DNA from: Nitrosospira multiformis ATCC 25196
Lineage (GTDB): Bacteria; Pseudomonadota; Gammaproteobacteria; Burkholderiales; Nitrosomonadaceae
Assembly (NCBI RefSeq): GCF_000196355.1
Contig: NC_007614.1
Location: forward strand, 2,940,001-2,972,000
DNA: 32,000 nt
Direction of reading: 5' to 3'
Under the pieces are notes generated by a model that saw only the letters and a list, made by a program, of their open reading frames with translations, ran no database searches and had not been told where the DNA came from. How positions within the stretch are numbered: the first letter of the stretch is position 1; each line of letters opens with the position of its first letter. Position numbers and translations under genes: made by a program. Below are positions 19,401 to 25,416 of this stretch, piece by piece.

Positions 19401-20717
19401 CTGAAAAAGCAAACTTGGGTTATCCAGCGCGAAAAAATCCACTTTGCCTGCTGGCGCGTTGATCACAGCCCCCCTTTCCATGCGCACGTCCTGTCCCAGC
19501 ACTCTCACCTGAGAGGGCAGCACCAGCCCAGTGCCCGTCAATCCATCCAGCACACCCGTTCGATCGGATACATCCGGTAATACCTCCGTCAGGCTCCCGG
19601 CGCCGAGGGTTACCCGGCCGCCACGCATCGAACTGTCCTGAGCCGTGGCGGAATCTTTCGCCAGCAGATATACGGAGCCATTGGCGATCACCGAGGTGGT
19701 GGCCCGGGCGATCCCTTCCTGATTGACGGCATAACCCACCATGGTGATATTGCCGCGCGGCGTGCTCAGCTCACCCAGATTGGTCACATGGCCGAGCTTG
19801 TCCAGTGCCGTATCCTTCAGCGCAACTGCCTGGCCATCGAGCTTGCCGTCTCTGATGTTCGTGTGGGGAGTCTCGAAATCACTCAATCCCGCCGGACTGT
19901 CGACTTCGACCAGAAGCCCGCGCACATTGGCATCCACTGGCTCGGCCGAGGCGGAACGCAAGAACACCTTGGTGCCCGCAGCTGCGATCACTTGTCCATC
20001 GGGCGCTTCCACGGTACCTTTATTGATCACTGTCGGCGCGATCAACATGACCCGCCCCTGACTGCCAGCCGTGATCCGCGCACCCTCGAAAACCTTGATG
20101 AACCCCCCTGAACCTTCGAATTGTGGAACCGTCTTCTCGGTAGTGAGAAAAGCATTGAGAATGAAGTTGTCGTGGATATCCAAACTGCTGGCGGTAAAGC
20201 TGTTGAGATTTACTTGAGAGGAACCCATGAAGGCAATACCATTGGTATTGACCAGAATGACATTTGCATTCTGTCCGACGGCCTGGCTCAGGATGCCTGC
20301 AATCACGCTCGGATCGTTGTCCCAGACGCGGTTCAGTGTCGTGAAATTCGCGCCCTGCACCAGGTTCTGTGTAGCAAGGCTTTCCACCTGCTGGAACTGA
20401 ACTGAATGACCAGGACTGACATTGAAGCTTTCCCAATTGAGGATGGCTTTATCGCCCACCTGGTTGACCACCGCATCGGGGCCATGAACGTGATAATTCG
20501 CCTGGCCGGCGGTGACGAAATCAGGAACGGTCCCGCCACAGCTTCCTCCTGCGCAGGGCACGGGCAGTTCCGCGTGTGCGGCTGTCGCCAGCAGCCCGGT
20601 CATGAGCAGAACTGTACCGCTTTTAGCCTTGCCACTCTGGCACGGTGTGGTTTCCGCAACGGGAATCAACATGCCCAGAGCCTTGTTGAAAATAAGCCGG
20701 TAGATATTCCGATTCAT
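10488..20717 (-). CDS. Giant two-partner-secretion exoprotein (TpsA, filamentous-haemagglutinin family), 3409 aa
   Basis: The N-terminus has an extended signal peptide region (MNRNIYRLIFNKALGMLIPVAETT...LLATAAHA). A TPS/haemagglutination-activity domain follows (AILNWESFNVSPGHSVQFQQ...ANVILVNTNGIAFMGSSQVN). After that come about 3000 aa of Gly/Ala/Asn-rich beta-helix-type repeats. A conserved-looking C-terminal module is present (GGDVLLWSSEGDIDAGKGKKT...GDIDLIAPRGTVNAGDAGIR...TFISTEVIGHGE). The gene lies directly downstream of tpsB. Confidence 0.95.
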   Translation of the reverse strand: MNRNIYRLIFNKALGMLIPVAETTPCQSGKAKSGTVLLMTGLLATAAHAELPVPCAGGSCGGTVPDFVTAGQANYHVHGPDAVVNQVGDKAILNWESFNVSPGHSVQFQQVESLATQNLVQGANFTTLNRVWDNDPSVIAGILSQAVGQNANVILVNTNGIAFMGSSQVNLNSFTASSLDIHDNFILNAFLTTEKTVPQFEGSGGFIKVFEGARITAGSQGRVMLIAPTVINKGTVEAPDGQVIAAAGTKVFLRSASAEPVDANVRGLLVEVDSPAGLSDFETPHTNIRDGKLDGQAVALKDTALDKLGHVTNLGELSTPRGNITMVGYAVNQEGIARATTSVIANGSVYLLAKDSATAQDSSMRGGRVTLGAGSLTEVLPDVSDRTGVLDGLTGTGLVLPSQVRVLGQDVRMERGAVINAPAGKVDFFALDNPSLLFQPGDPFRQAFDAPASNTARIHIDNGALINVAGLENVKVSTARNAVEVELRGDELKDSPVNRDGPLRSQKVYVDINRALANADSGAPTLIAKDSLQAYQARLERTVAERSTEGGVVRVNSQGEAIIAPGAVIDISGGSLSYTPSSVKTTLLMSRGVLTDIANARADVRYDGIATRYVQDFGRWNVKEVIDLGQTFNYDPGYTEGKDAGALEVMGLRAVVMQGAVQGRTVVGEVQRDKGIMPEGARLTLGSNPVANNINGLDYKHNQQIELSSEGPLLPGSFKFGDTLSSDLVNKLRLNPALLGRDKVANLEIFSNQAAEVREALRVPQGGSVHITGQGVKVEADIAAPAGSIMLHANRNDLPGRSSGPLNLVVTEGVTLSARGAWVNELRGVPAGSDEVGLVNGGRIALSAIDDLALGKNTLLDVTGGGRLKVDSRGSVIAGNGGDISLSGNAVSGLADNVRGYGVGKGGTFSVASNRIQIGGMPDGTAGTVNLDPGFFERGGFGDINLTGNESVALSEGVKIKPAVLSLELQPDYSLRPSGSRMEDFTRPVKLDDLVREPVSLSLTAENPDERGAADVAIGVGAHIEADPGAKITLAAARSMNIQGRITAPGGSITATLDHSHSFNFNASNSLWLGKQALLDVSGKALTYLDSQRLTQGEVLNGGSVTLNAQFGHIVAEPGSHINLAGAAPVHLDIQNQAGGLGQWVGSDAGRLSVIAREGMLLEGSITAQPGGASNRAGALDVVLGLLDVDDAQNKGFPLGERVLSLGPTGTSQTAGLAPGSIIPAGLNGKATIGAVALEAAGFDRIALKSRDAIRLEDDLSLGANRLLPLKEMVLDTPRIEMAGGEAALKAEALRLGNFDANRVDVANTPIAGTGGFKAEAQLLELAGNLTLSGMSRAEFTGAQEIRFSGISSGGSPRPAGTLSSAADLAFSGAVIAPSTYSQISILAPDRTVAFGSNATHPIQPLSALGSLTVTAANIVQGGNIWAPFGQLTFSATDTLTFKDGSLTSVAAGSGTLTPFGVLANGRSWLYKPEAFEIPQLALPEKSVRVQAANIDMRAGAVVDLAGGGALQAYEFSVGPGGSRDILGDDGIYAILPGYTSGFAPGDRQENTGFDRGMGDAVYLSGVSGLPAGVYTLLPAHYALLPGAYAIRLDTGVHNLLPGQAYSKQDGTQVVPGYVTDSRARDWAGTPRDAVWSGFEILSREQVMQRSEITLTRASDFFTTSNSRPQDAGLLSMNTTGNLKLDAVFKLAAGTGGRGAAVDISAPRIAITSDTSSGPGGVDPLATRISASALNALGASSLLIGGTRSRGDTASDGTTLLVGAEEVTLANDVNHALKGDEVILAAKDSLILKSGSVIETQGGEAASGDGGYNTAGNGALVRSASTFAPFSRSGGPDRSQGTLIGEAGSVIRSGNSITLDATRQNTFAGTPVFADRQNNPIAGNLTIGAARVNFGNAPSGSEGLTLSQSELDGLNNLNSLTLTSYSTFDLYGDVSVGGVNAEGKPTQQALNLLGAGLAGLNNSGKTATLRATNILIANPAAAAFTMGGTSGNGSLAIQANTLILGEGAKSVEGFSQVAIRANEMVGRGSGRADIAAVDTRLDVARIRGEQGASQTLAAAGKLDAFRKEADRALADENTLGAKWMLSGTEVMFDTEADLPSGQLKLAATTGNLELGANAVANAAGRLVAFFDVERASPGGVVELASEEGNVVVQPGAQVNVSAASGGDAGKVIVRAGNGTAAIAAGSLQGSAMADTSGKRGNGAGFDLDVAALADFSTLNTALNQGVFDGARTFRVRTGDVSLSASDTVRAREVQIAVDDGKLDLAGHIDVSGNDAGRINLYARNDVNVLAGTKLDAYSTGNGKNGGEVGIGTAEGGLNLAEGSMIDVHGHNSGHGGEGGRILLRAPRLGSGAGNEVAVDNINSSINGAKSVVIEAVKIYDGIDALTASDESGESGGSGPTLSLATVNADNTSFASHAGTIMARLGKTGESSFHLRPGVEIRSTGDLTLANDWNLGTSRAEGEPGMLTLRAGGDLKLNSNLSDGFNAATPFSSGTTPATLLVGDSWSYRLVGGADTGAADPMAVKAEGGDVTLAAGKLVRTGTGDICIAAGGDIKLADGKSVIYTSGRTADPADDFVTPANAQFSQDGGNVSLVALGNIVGTPSAQLYSNWLFRQGRLNDSTGAYTLQPAWWVRFDQFQQGVGALGGGNVTLTAGGNIENVSASAPTQARMTAMSPDAAKLFKTGGGDVQVEAGANLLGGQYYADRGALELKADGKVDSGQNVNGSPLYTIVAVGDAQARVQAREDVNIQTVLNPHLVVQSSGNSTAFNIRNVTSPTWSLFSTYSPRSGASLQSLYGNVALQNGGGAGANIQSAYRAPLNFNISSGSYKPALLSLLPPSLSITAFRSNIALGAVDDFVLSPAADGQLTLLAANSISIPTVVSMSDRDPALIPGAIRPGRESSQFPNTAVSAADLDLVHAAVPVHTGDTQPARVYAVAGDVKGNPFELSLDLSKAFWLRAGQDVRDVGILAQHANPSDVSRVTAGRDIAFTAGNDRAGLAKIWVGGLGRLEVAAGRNIDLATSAGIVSRGDLDNAELPAGGVDIDVAAGVGAKGIDYTGTIDRLIADLEKTDGSPDDILLWQARWLVGNNELDGAGALQAVRDVRALDADTQRILVREMVYSALRTTGRDFNNPNSAYAGNYERGYAALERVFPGVREKNEDGSFKNYQGEINLFASRIKTERGGNIEFMVPGGGVVVGLGNTPEVLVNTGNDVLGMLTVAKGNVRGFARDHILVNQSRILTVGGGDVLLWSSEGDIDAGKGKKTATAVPPPVIKVDAQGNVTQELQGAASGSGIGALSSGGVKAGDIDLIAPRGTVNAGDAGIRANNLNIAAQVVLGADNIAVAGTSTGTPVADASAVTATTSGATQQGDDVSKATAAVSQNLSEAARTSDEMRKLKPTFISTEVIGHGE

Positions 20718-20851
20718 CTTTCCAATTCCTCGAGGAGACAGGAGGGAGCACTCATACTGCCGAGCATGGCGGCAATAGGTTATTCCTCAACCTTGCTTCA
20801 GAAAAATCATTCGCTATACGGTTATGCGGATCGTTACGACAGCAGGCATGA

Positions 20852-22420
20852 TCACCACGCGTGCCGAAAAAGAAAGTGCACGCGCTTGTCTCCCGCCTTT
20901 GTTCTTCCAACTTCTTCGAGTGCCACGGCCCAGGCCACGTCGGCCGAGAAGCCCTTCCAACCCTTGAGACGAAAACCCATCCCGGTACCTGCAAGATCAA
21001 AGCGGTCTTTCTGCCCGGGCAAGGGCTGCTGCACTCGCACGATTCCTGCATCAATAAAGGCCAGAAGACGGAATTCGTCCAGTCCCTGGAGCAGGTATGT
21101 GGCGTAATTGGGCGTAAAGACCTCGAGCCCTCCCGTAACGCTGTCGTCGCCCAGGGCAGCGACTTCCAGATAGCCGCGCACGGTATTGACGCCGCCCACG
21201 ATCGACTGCTCATTCGCGATAAGCGGCTGTGCTGCAATCTGCCAACTGCCCCGGCCGGCCACGCCCCAACCCTGGCTCCATGTTTCGGTATGTGAAAGAT
21301 TGCCGCGCAGATAGAGGTAATTAGCGCTGCCTTTAAAGCGCTTATTCGCGAATTCCTCTTCATCCCCAACCAGTCCGCGCACGTGGAAATTCACCGACAA
21401 TCCCAGCTTGGTCGTTCTTCCTTCTCCCAGCCAGCTTCCATCCCAGCCTACAGTGAAAGGAAGGTAGGAGATTGGCGTATTGAAATTGCCGCCATCGATG
21501 AGGTTTACCGTTTGGGTAAAATCCTTGTAATCCAGTCCCAGCGTTGCTGTGTGGAAGAATTTTTCGCTTCCGGGCAGCGGCAGAATGTAGCGCCCTCCCA
21601 CGATCAGGCCATTGCCGAGCACATTGAGCGTGCCCAGTGAAGCCACGTTCGAAGCGGAATAGACGCTATATAAGGCGAGAAAACCGCCGAACGGTACCGG
21701 CAGAGTGTAATTGGCGGAAATGACCTTGCTCTCATCCGGGTTTTCGGGGGCAACCAATCCTGTCACGCCCAGGCTGTGCTGGCGGTGCCACAGATTGTCC
21801 CAGCTCAGGTTCGCGCTCAGCCGGGTCAAGGTCGTATTGGGAATCTGACGGCTGTTCAGCTCCACGCTTCCATGAAGGGGCAACTGATCCTTCACTTTCA
21901 GATCCACCTCGACCGTGCCGGGTGTCTTTCCTGCCCTTAAAACCGGGGTAATCCTGCGATCGGCTGAACGGTTCAGGCTTTCCAGCTGCTTCTGCATTTC
22001 GGGAAAGTTAGGCACTTTGCCTTCTGCCAGTTCCGGTATTGCCGCCTTGATATCCGCCGGACTGAAATAGCGGGATTCCACCACGCGCAGACGCTTTACC
22101 GGGGCTTCGGTCACCTGCAGCCTGACCACCGCCTCATCGACTTTCTGCTGAGGAATGCTCACGAGTACGGTCAGATAGCCCGCCTCATGATAGGCGCGCT
22201 CAAGTGCATCGCGTGCCCGCTCCACGTCCTCCAGGCTCTTGCTTTCACCGAGATGGGGATAAACCGCCTGCTCCACCACTGTGACGGGCAGCAATGTGGC
22301 ACCTTCCAGCCGATATTCGAATACATCGAAACGGGCTTCCTGCGCGTGAGACAAGTGGATCCAGCCCGCGAGGCCAAGCAGTCCTCCCACCCGCAGCATC
22401 TTATTTAGTAGTTGCAACAT
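20852..22420 (-). CDS. TpsB outer-membrane transporter (ShlB/FhaC/HecB family, POTRA + 16-strand barrel)
   Basis: A ShlB-type POTRA region is present (FDVFEYRLEGATLLPVTVVEQAVYPHLGESKSLEDVERARDALERAYHEAGYLTVLVSIPQQKVDEAVVRLQVTEAPVKRLRV). It is followed by a beta-barrel that ends in ...RVHFLFRHAW. The ORF track starts it at 22507, but two strong hairpins occupy 22456-22526. The ATG at 22420 gives a normal signal peptide (MLQLLNKMLRVGGLLGLAGWIHLSHA), and 22399 is also possible. Confidence 0.9.
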   Translation of the reverse strand: MLQLLNKMLRVGGLLGLAGWIHLSHAQEARFDVFEYRLEGATLLPVTVVEQAVYPHLGESKSLEDVERARDALERAYHEAGYLTVLVSIPQQKVDEAVVRLQVTEAPVKRLRVVESRYFSPADIKAAIPELAEGKVPNFPEMQKQLESLNRSADRRITPVLRAGKTPGTVEVDLKVKDQLPLHGSVELNSRQIPNTTLTRLSANLSWDNLWHRQHSLGVTGLVAPENPDESKVISANYTLPVPFGGFLALYSVYSASNVASLGTLNVLGNGLIVGGRYILPLPGSEKFFHTATLGLDYKDFTQTVNLIDGGNFNTPISYLPFTVGWDGSWLGEGRTTKLGLSVNFHVRGLVGDEEEFANKRFKGSANYLYLRGNLSHTETWSQGWGVAGRGSWQIAAQPLIANEQSIVGGVNTVRGYLEVAALGDDSVTGGLEVFTPNYATYLLQGLDEFRLLAFIDAGIVRVQQPLPGQKDRFDLAGTGMGFRLKGWKGFSADVAWAVALEEVGRTKAGDKRVHFLFRHAW

Positions 22421-22455
22421 CAAACCAAGCCGAACCAGTTCCTGTACGTGCGAAT

Positions 22456-22526
22456 GGGACAGCACCGAAGGAGCTGTCCCGAGCAGCATATATGGACGGC
22501 ATTGCACCGTCCGTTAGCGCAATGCC
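22456..22526 (-). terminator. Two consecutive stem-loops between the 498-aa gene and tpsB (possible terminator/attenuator or mRNA-stabilising structures)
   Basis: The first, at 22498-22526, is GGCATTGC-13 nt-GCAATGCC (8-bp stem) and abuts the stop codon. The second, at 22456-22480, is GGGACAGC-9 nt-GCTGTCCC (8-bp stem). Neither is followed by a clear U-tract. Confidence 0.35.
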
Positions 22527-24022
22527 TACTGGACCGCAGGCTGGCAGGAATTGCCGAGACGTGCGCCTTTCGAGGTAGGGCCGCTGGAACCGGCCACTGG
22601 CGTGGCGAAGATACCCTTCAGGTCGCTTTCACCCAGGGTGGCAGCAACCGCGGTGATCAAGGCTGCAGCACTTGAGCTGGCGGGACTGATGGAGCCACCG
22701 GCAGTGAATGCCGCCAGCTCGTACCAGAAGTTATAGGAACCCTCCATCGCCTCGGCACGCTGCTGGGCATCGGTATTGGGAGACACACGATCCAGCTTGA
22801 CGAATGCCCACCGGTCGGTCGTGGCGGTCGGTGCTGGCGTGTTTTCCATGGATACCACGCCCAGGGCGAACTGGCTCGCGCCGGTGGCGGTATTCAAGGC
22901 GCTCTTCACGCCCCCGGTGCTGGACTGCTCGCTCACAATGGCGGTTGCCGTGCTGTCGGTGGCGCGTGCGGGCTCCAGCGCGCCTTGCGATAGCCCGGTT
23001 GAACAGGGCTTGCTGAGGAAGCGCATGTTGGAGGCAGACTGGGTGCCGGAGGTGGGCACGCGGCGCACCAGGTTGACGATCGACCCGGCCGGACCGCCGA
23101 ACAGGCTGCCATCCACACCACCCACAGAATCCCTGTTTGCAATTGCGGTGTAACGTTGTGCCGGCAAGCTGGGCTGGCAGGCAGGCGTGAGATTGGGGGC
23201 GGTGGGCGAACCGTCATCGCAGGTCGCGGCCAGGATGCCGGCGGCAACGTCGTTCTTCTGCAACTGGAGATAGAGCGGGTAGCTCACGGCTACGCCAAAG
23301 GCTTGGCCGACATTGGTCGCCACTTCCTCGCCAAGGGAGCTCAGGTTCAATGCAATATCCAGATTCTGCTTGTTGATCAGGTATTCCGTATCCGAAAAAC
23401 CGCCATCGGGATAGCTTTGGCCCGGACGTCCGGCAGCATCGCCCTTCAGCGAAGCGGTAAAGGTCTTGGTAACGGTATCGCTGCAGTTGTTGTAGCGGGC
23501 AATGGGGTAGGACACACCATTCAGGGTGACATTGGTCGACCCAGCCGCGCCTGCCGCGCACTTACCTCCGCCGCCGAGCAAAGCGACGTCATTGATGCGC
23601 TTGAGGTTGCCGGGCAGATACCCGTTGGGATTCGGCTCACCCGCCATGCTGAGATGAGGCGCGTAGGCGTTGAAAGAGCCACCCTCAACCGTGTGATAGA
23701 CCACTACTTTCTTGCCAGCCAGTGCACCGGCGGCGGAGCTCATGGTGCAGGCATAGGCGACCCGGTCACCGCTGCTCTTGCCGGGTTCGGTACCGCTGCT
23801 TTCCAGGTACATATGGGCGTCATTGGCGCCGCCATTCCCCGCTAGGCCGTTGCACAGCGACATGACGCTGCGAAATACGGCGTTGGTGGGTGCGGATGCA
23901 CCTGATAGCCAGACGTAGGTGGTGGGGCCGGCAGCGACCTGAGCGGGGGTCAGGGCGAAAGCCGCCGGGGCCGTGCCGAGTGCCGCTATAGCCAGTGCAA
24001 TTTTGCTCAGCTTCATTTTCAT
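22526..24022 (-). CDS. Secreted 498-aa protein of unknown function, tentatively with a periplasmic-binding-protein (PstS/DING-like) fold
   Basis: It has a signal peptide (MKMKLSKIALAIAALGTAPAAFA) and an AAGGA Shine-Dalgarno 8 nt upstream. Short motifs recall PstS/DING anion-binding residues: WLSGASAPTNAVF (cf. G-A-T-F/L-P), GGFSDTE (cf. G-S-D) and RRVPTSGTQ (cf. R-x-x-x-S-G-T). The spacing between motifs is much longer than in PstS, so the fold call is weak. Eight Cys residues are present. Confidence 0.8.
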   Translation of the reverse strand: MKMKLSKIALAIAALGTAPAAFALTPAQVAAGPTTYVWLSGASAPTNAVFRSVMSLCNGLAGNGGANDAHMYLESSGTEPGKSSGDRVAYACTMSSAAGALAGKKVVVYHTVEGGSFNAYAPHLSMAGEPNPNGYLPGNLKRINDVALLGGGGKCAAGAAGSTNVTLNGVSYPIARYNNCSDTVTKTFTASLKGDAAGRPGQSYPDGGFSDTEYLINKQNLDIALNLSSLGEEVATNVGQAFGVAVSYPLYLQLQKNDVAAGILAATCDDGSPTAPNLTPACQPSLPAQRYTAIANRDSVGGVDGSLFGGPAGSIVNLVRRVPTSGTQSASNMRFLSKPCSTGLSQGALEPARATDSTATAIVSEQSSTGGVKSALNTATGASQFALGVVSMENTPAPTATTDRWAFVKLDRVSPNTDAQQRAEAMEGSYNFWYELAAFTAGGSISPASSSAAALITAVAATLGESDLKGIFATPVAGSSGPTSKGARLGNSCQPAVQ

Positions 24023-24053
24023 CTTTGTATCCTTTATTTTCAGATTGATATTT

Positions 24054-24091
24054 CAGGCTGAAGCCTGCCTTTCCCGGCCTCCCTGGCCGGG
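24054..24091 (-). terminator. Two adjacent stem-loops just downstream of the PEP-CTERM gene
   Basis: One is CCCGGCC-tccct-GGCCGGG (24073-24091, 7-bp GC stem). The other is CAGGCT-ga-AGCCTG (24054-24067). They lie 23-60 nt after the stop codon at 24114-24116. No U-tract is present. Confidence 0.35.
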
Positions 24092-24113
24092 GGTAAGCAG
24101 CTCATTGCGGATC

Positions 24114-24998
24114 TCAGACGCCTGCGCGGCGGCGGACGATCATGCCCAGCATGCTCAGCCCCGCCAGCAGCATGGCCCAGGTATCCGCTTCGGGAATAGG
24201 AGAGACGGATGGGTTCGTGAAGGTAAGAACACCATTCTCGGTCAACTTGAATTTGCTGAACTCGCCTTCGCCAATGTTGCCATCGTGATTCAGATCGACT
24301 CCGAAAGGAGTCTTGGTGGCCTGGGCAAGGGCGGAAGTGGAAGACGTGGTGAGAAACCAGAAATTCTGTTCCGTACCCAACGGCTGGGTGGTATCGGCGG
24401 TCGTCTTCTGCAACCAGGTATCACCTTGGCCAAACCCGTTAATTGCGCCAAAGAAAGTATTCGAAGGGTCCGTCGGCATGGCAACGCTGGCGCCGTTATC
24501 ATCAGTCGCGTGCGTACCGCGGCTGTTGTTGGCTTCAATATACTTATCCATATTCACAAAGCCTTTGAGGTTGGTGTTCCCCAGCTTGGGATATGTGTCC
24601 ACATTTGCCGTCGTCAGGTAACGCGGGCCACCGGCATCATTCAGATCGGTGGTATCCAGCGCGATGACATTGAACCGGATAAGATGTGCGTTGGCAGGAC
24701 CGACGAAATTCATCAGCTGATTCCATGAAGCGCCATAGGCCCCACTCGTCAGGTCCCAGCTTTTGCTGAAGCCCGCCTGTCCGTTCGCAGCGACCATATC
24801 GTTCATTTTGAAGCCGAGATCGAACAGTCCAGAGATATCGTCATCACCGGAAGTGGCGGAACTGCCACCGTAATAACGCATATTGAGCAGAAGCTCACCG
24901 TTTCCACTCATCGCCCCATCCATGGCGGCAAGCGCCGGACCGGAAAGAGTCGCGATGGCAGCAACAGCGAATGCCTTGAGTCTGAAATTTATTTTCAT
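24114..24998 (-). CDS. PEP-CTERM-anchored secreted protein (exosortase substrate)
   Basis: The C-terminus, SPIPEADTWAMLLAGLSMLGMIVRRRAGV, has a PE-motif, a TM helix and an Arg cluster, which is the PEP-CTERM sorting signal. The signal peptide is MKINFRLKAFAVAAIATLSGPALAA. The ATG at 24998 has a GGAG Shine-Dalgarno 8 nt upstream, whereas the ORF-track start at 25034 is a TTG. A canonical EF-hand-type loop, DLNHDGNIGEGE, is encoded at 24261-24296. Confidence 0.88.
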   Translation of the reverse strand: MKINFRLKAFAVAAIATLSGPALAAMDGAMSGNGELLLNMRYYGGSSATSGDDDISGLFDLGFKMNDMVAANGQAGFSKSWDLTSGAYGASWNQLMNFVGPANAHLIRFNVIALDTTDLNDAGGPRYLTTANVDTYPKLGNTNLKGFVNMDKYIEANNSRGTHATDDNGASVAMPTDPSNTFFGAINGFGQGDTWLQKTTADTTQPLGTEQNFWFLTTSSTSALAQATKTPFGVDLNHDGNIGEGEFSKFKLTENGVLTFTNPSVSPIPEADTWAMLLAGLSMLGMIVRRRAGV

Positions 24999-25204
24999 GC
25001 GAGATACTCCGTAGGTAATTAATGGTTGCACCAAAAAAATCCGGCTGACTGATCCTTGAAGCCTGGCTTCATCTGATCAACCGTCCTGGAGCAACCCGGC
25101 TACCTCCGCTTGCTTGGAGACCCGCAGCTTTCCGTCCCCGCTTCGCAACGGGTTTGGCTTTGTTCCTGACCGGCTATAACGACTGTACCTGTTACCGGAC
25201 GTGG

Positions 25205-25239
25205 GTCACTATATGTGACAGCCGTGAACCGTCTGTGAA
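25205..25239. promoter_or_regulatory. Palindrome GTCAC-tatat-GTGAC followed by two GTGAA repeats (9- and 11-bp steps), upstream of the PEP-CTERM gene
   Basis: Read directly: GTCAC 25205-25209, GTGAC 25215-25219, GTGAA 25224-25228, GTGAA 25235-25239. The cluster lies about 205-240 nt upstream of the ATG at 24998. A weak -24/-12-like element (GGTAGC..N..TTGCT on the minus strand, about 25090-25106) lies between the two. Confidence 0.3.
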
Positions 25240-25416
25240 ACACAATCGGTATTTTCGTGGTACTTTCTGCCTATTCTTTTGGTCTGCAGGGCGGAAATTC
25301 GCCCTTCGCGGCGCGTACGCTTTTCATGGGTACAAGGACGCCTCGTAGGAGTCACTGCGGATAGAGGGAAGAATCCAAGGCGCGGCCTCAGGGTCGAGGG
25401 GATCTGCCCCGGAAAC

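Noticed and set aside
10453-20436. Many long plus-strand ORFs inside the tpsA locus, for example 13419-15023 (534 aa), 18615-19580 (321 aa), 14050-14928, 16696-17358, 11028-11615 and 10453-11016.
   Set aside because: They are antisense shadow ORFs of a GC-rich, repeat-rich 10-kb gene. Their translations are low-complexity (Arg/Ala/Ser/Pro-rich) with no recognisable domains, and they fully overlap a confidently identified CDS.
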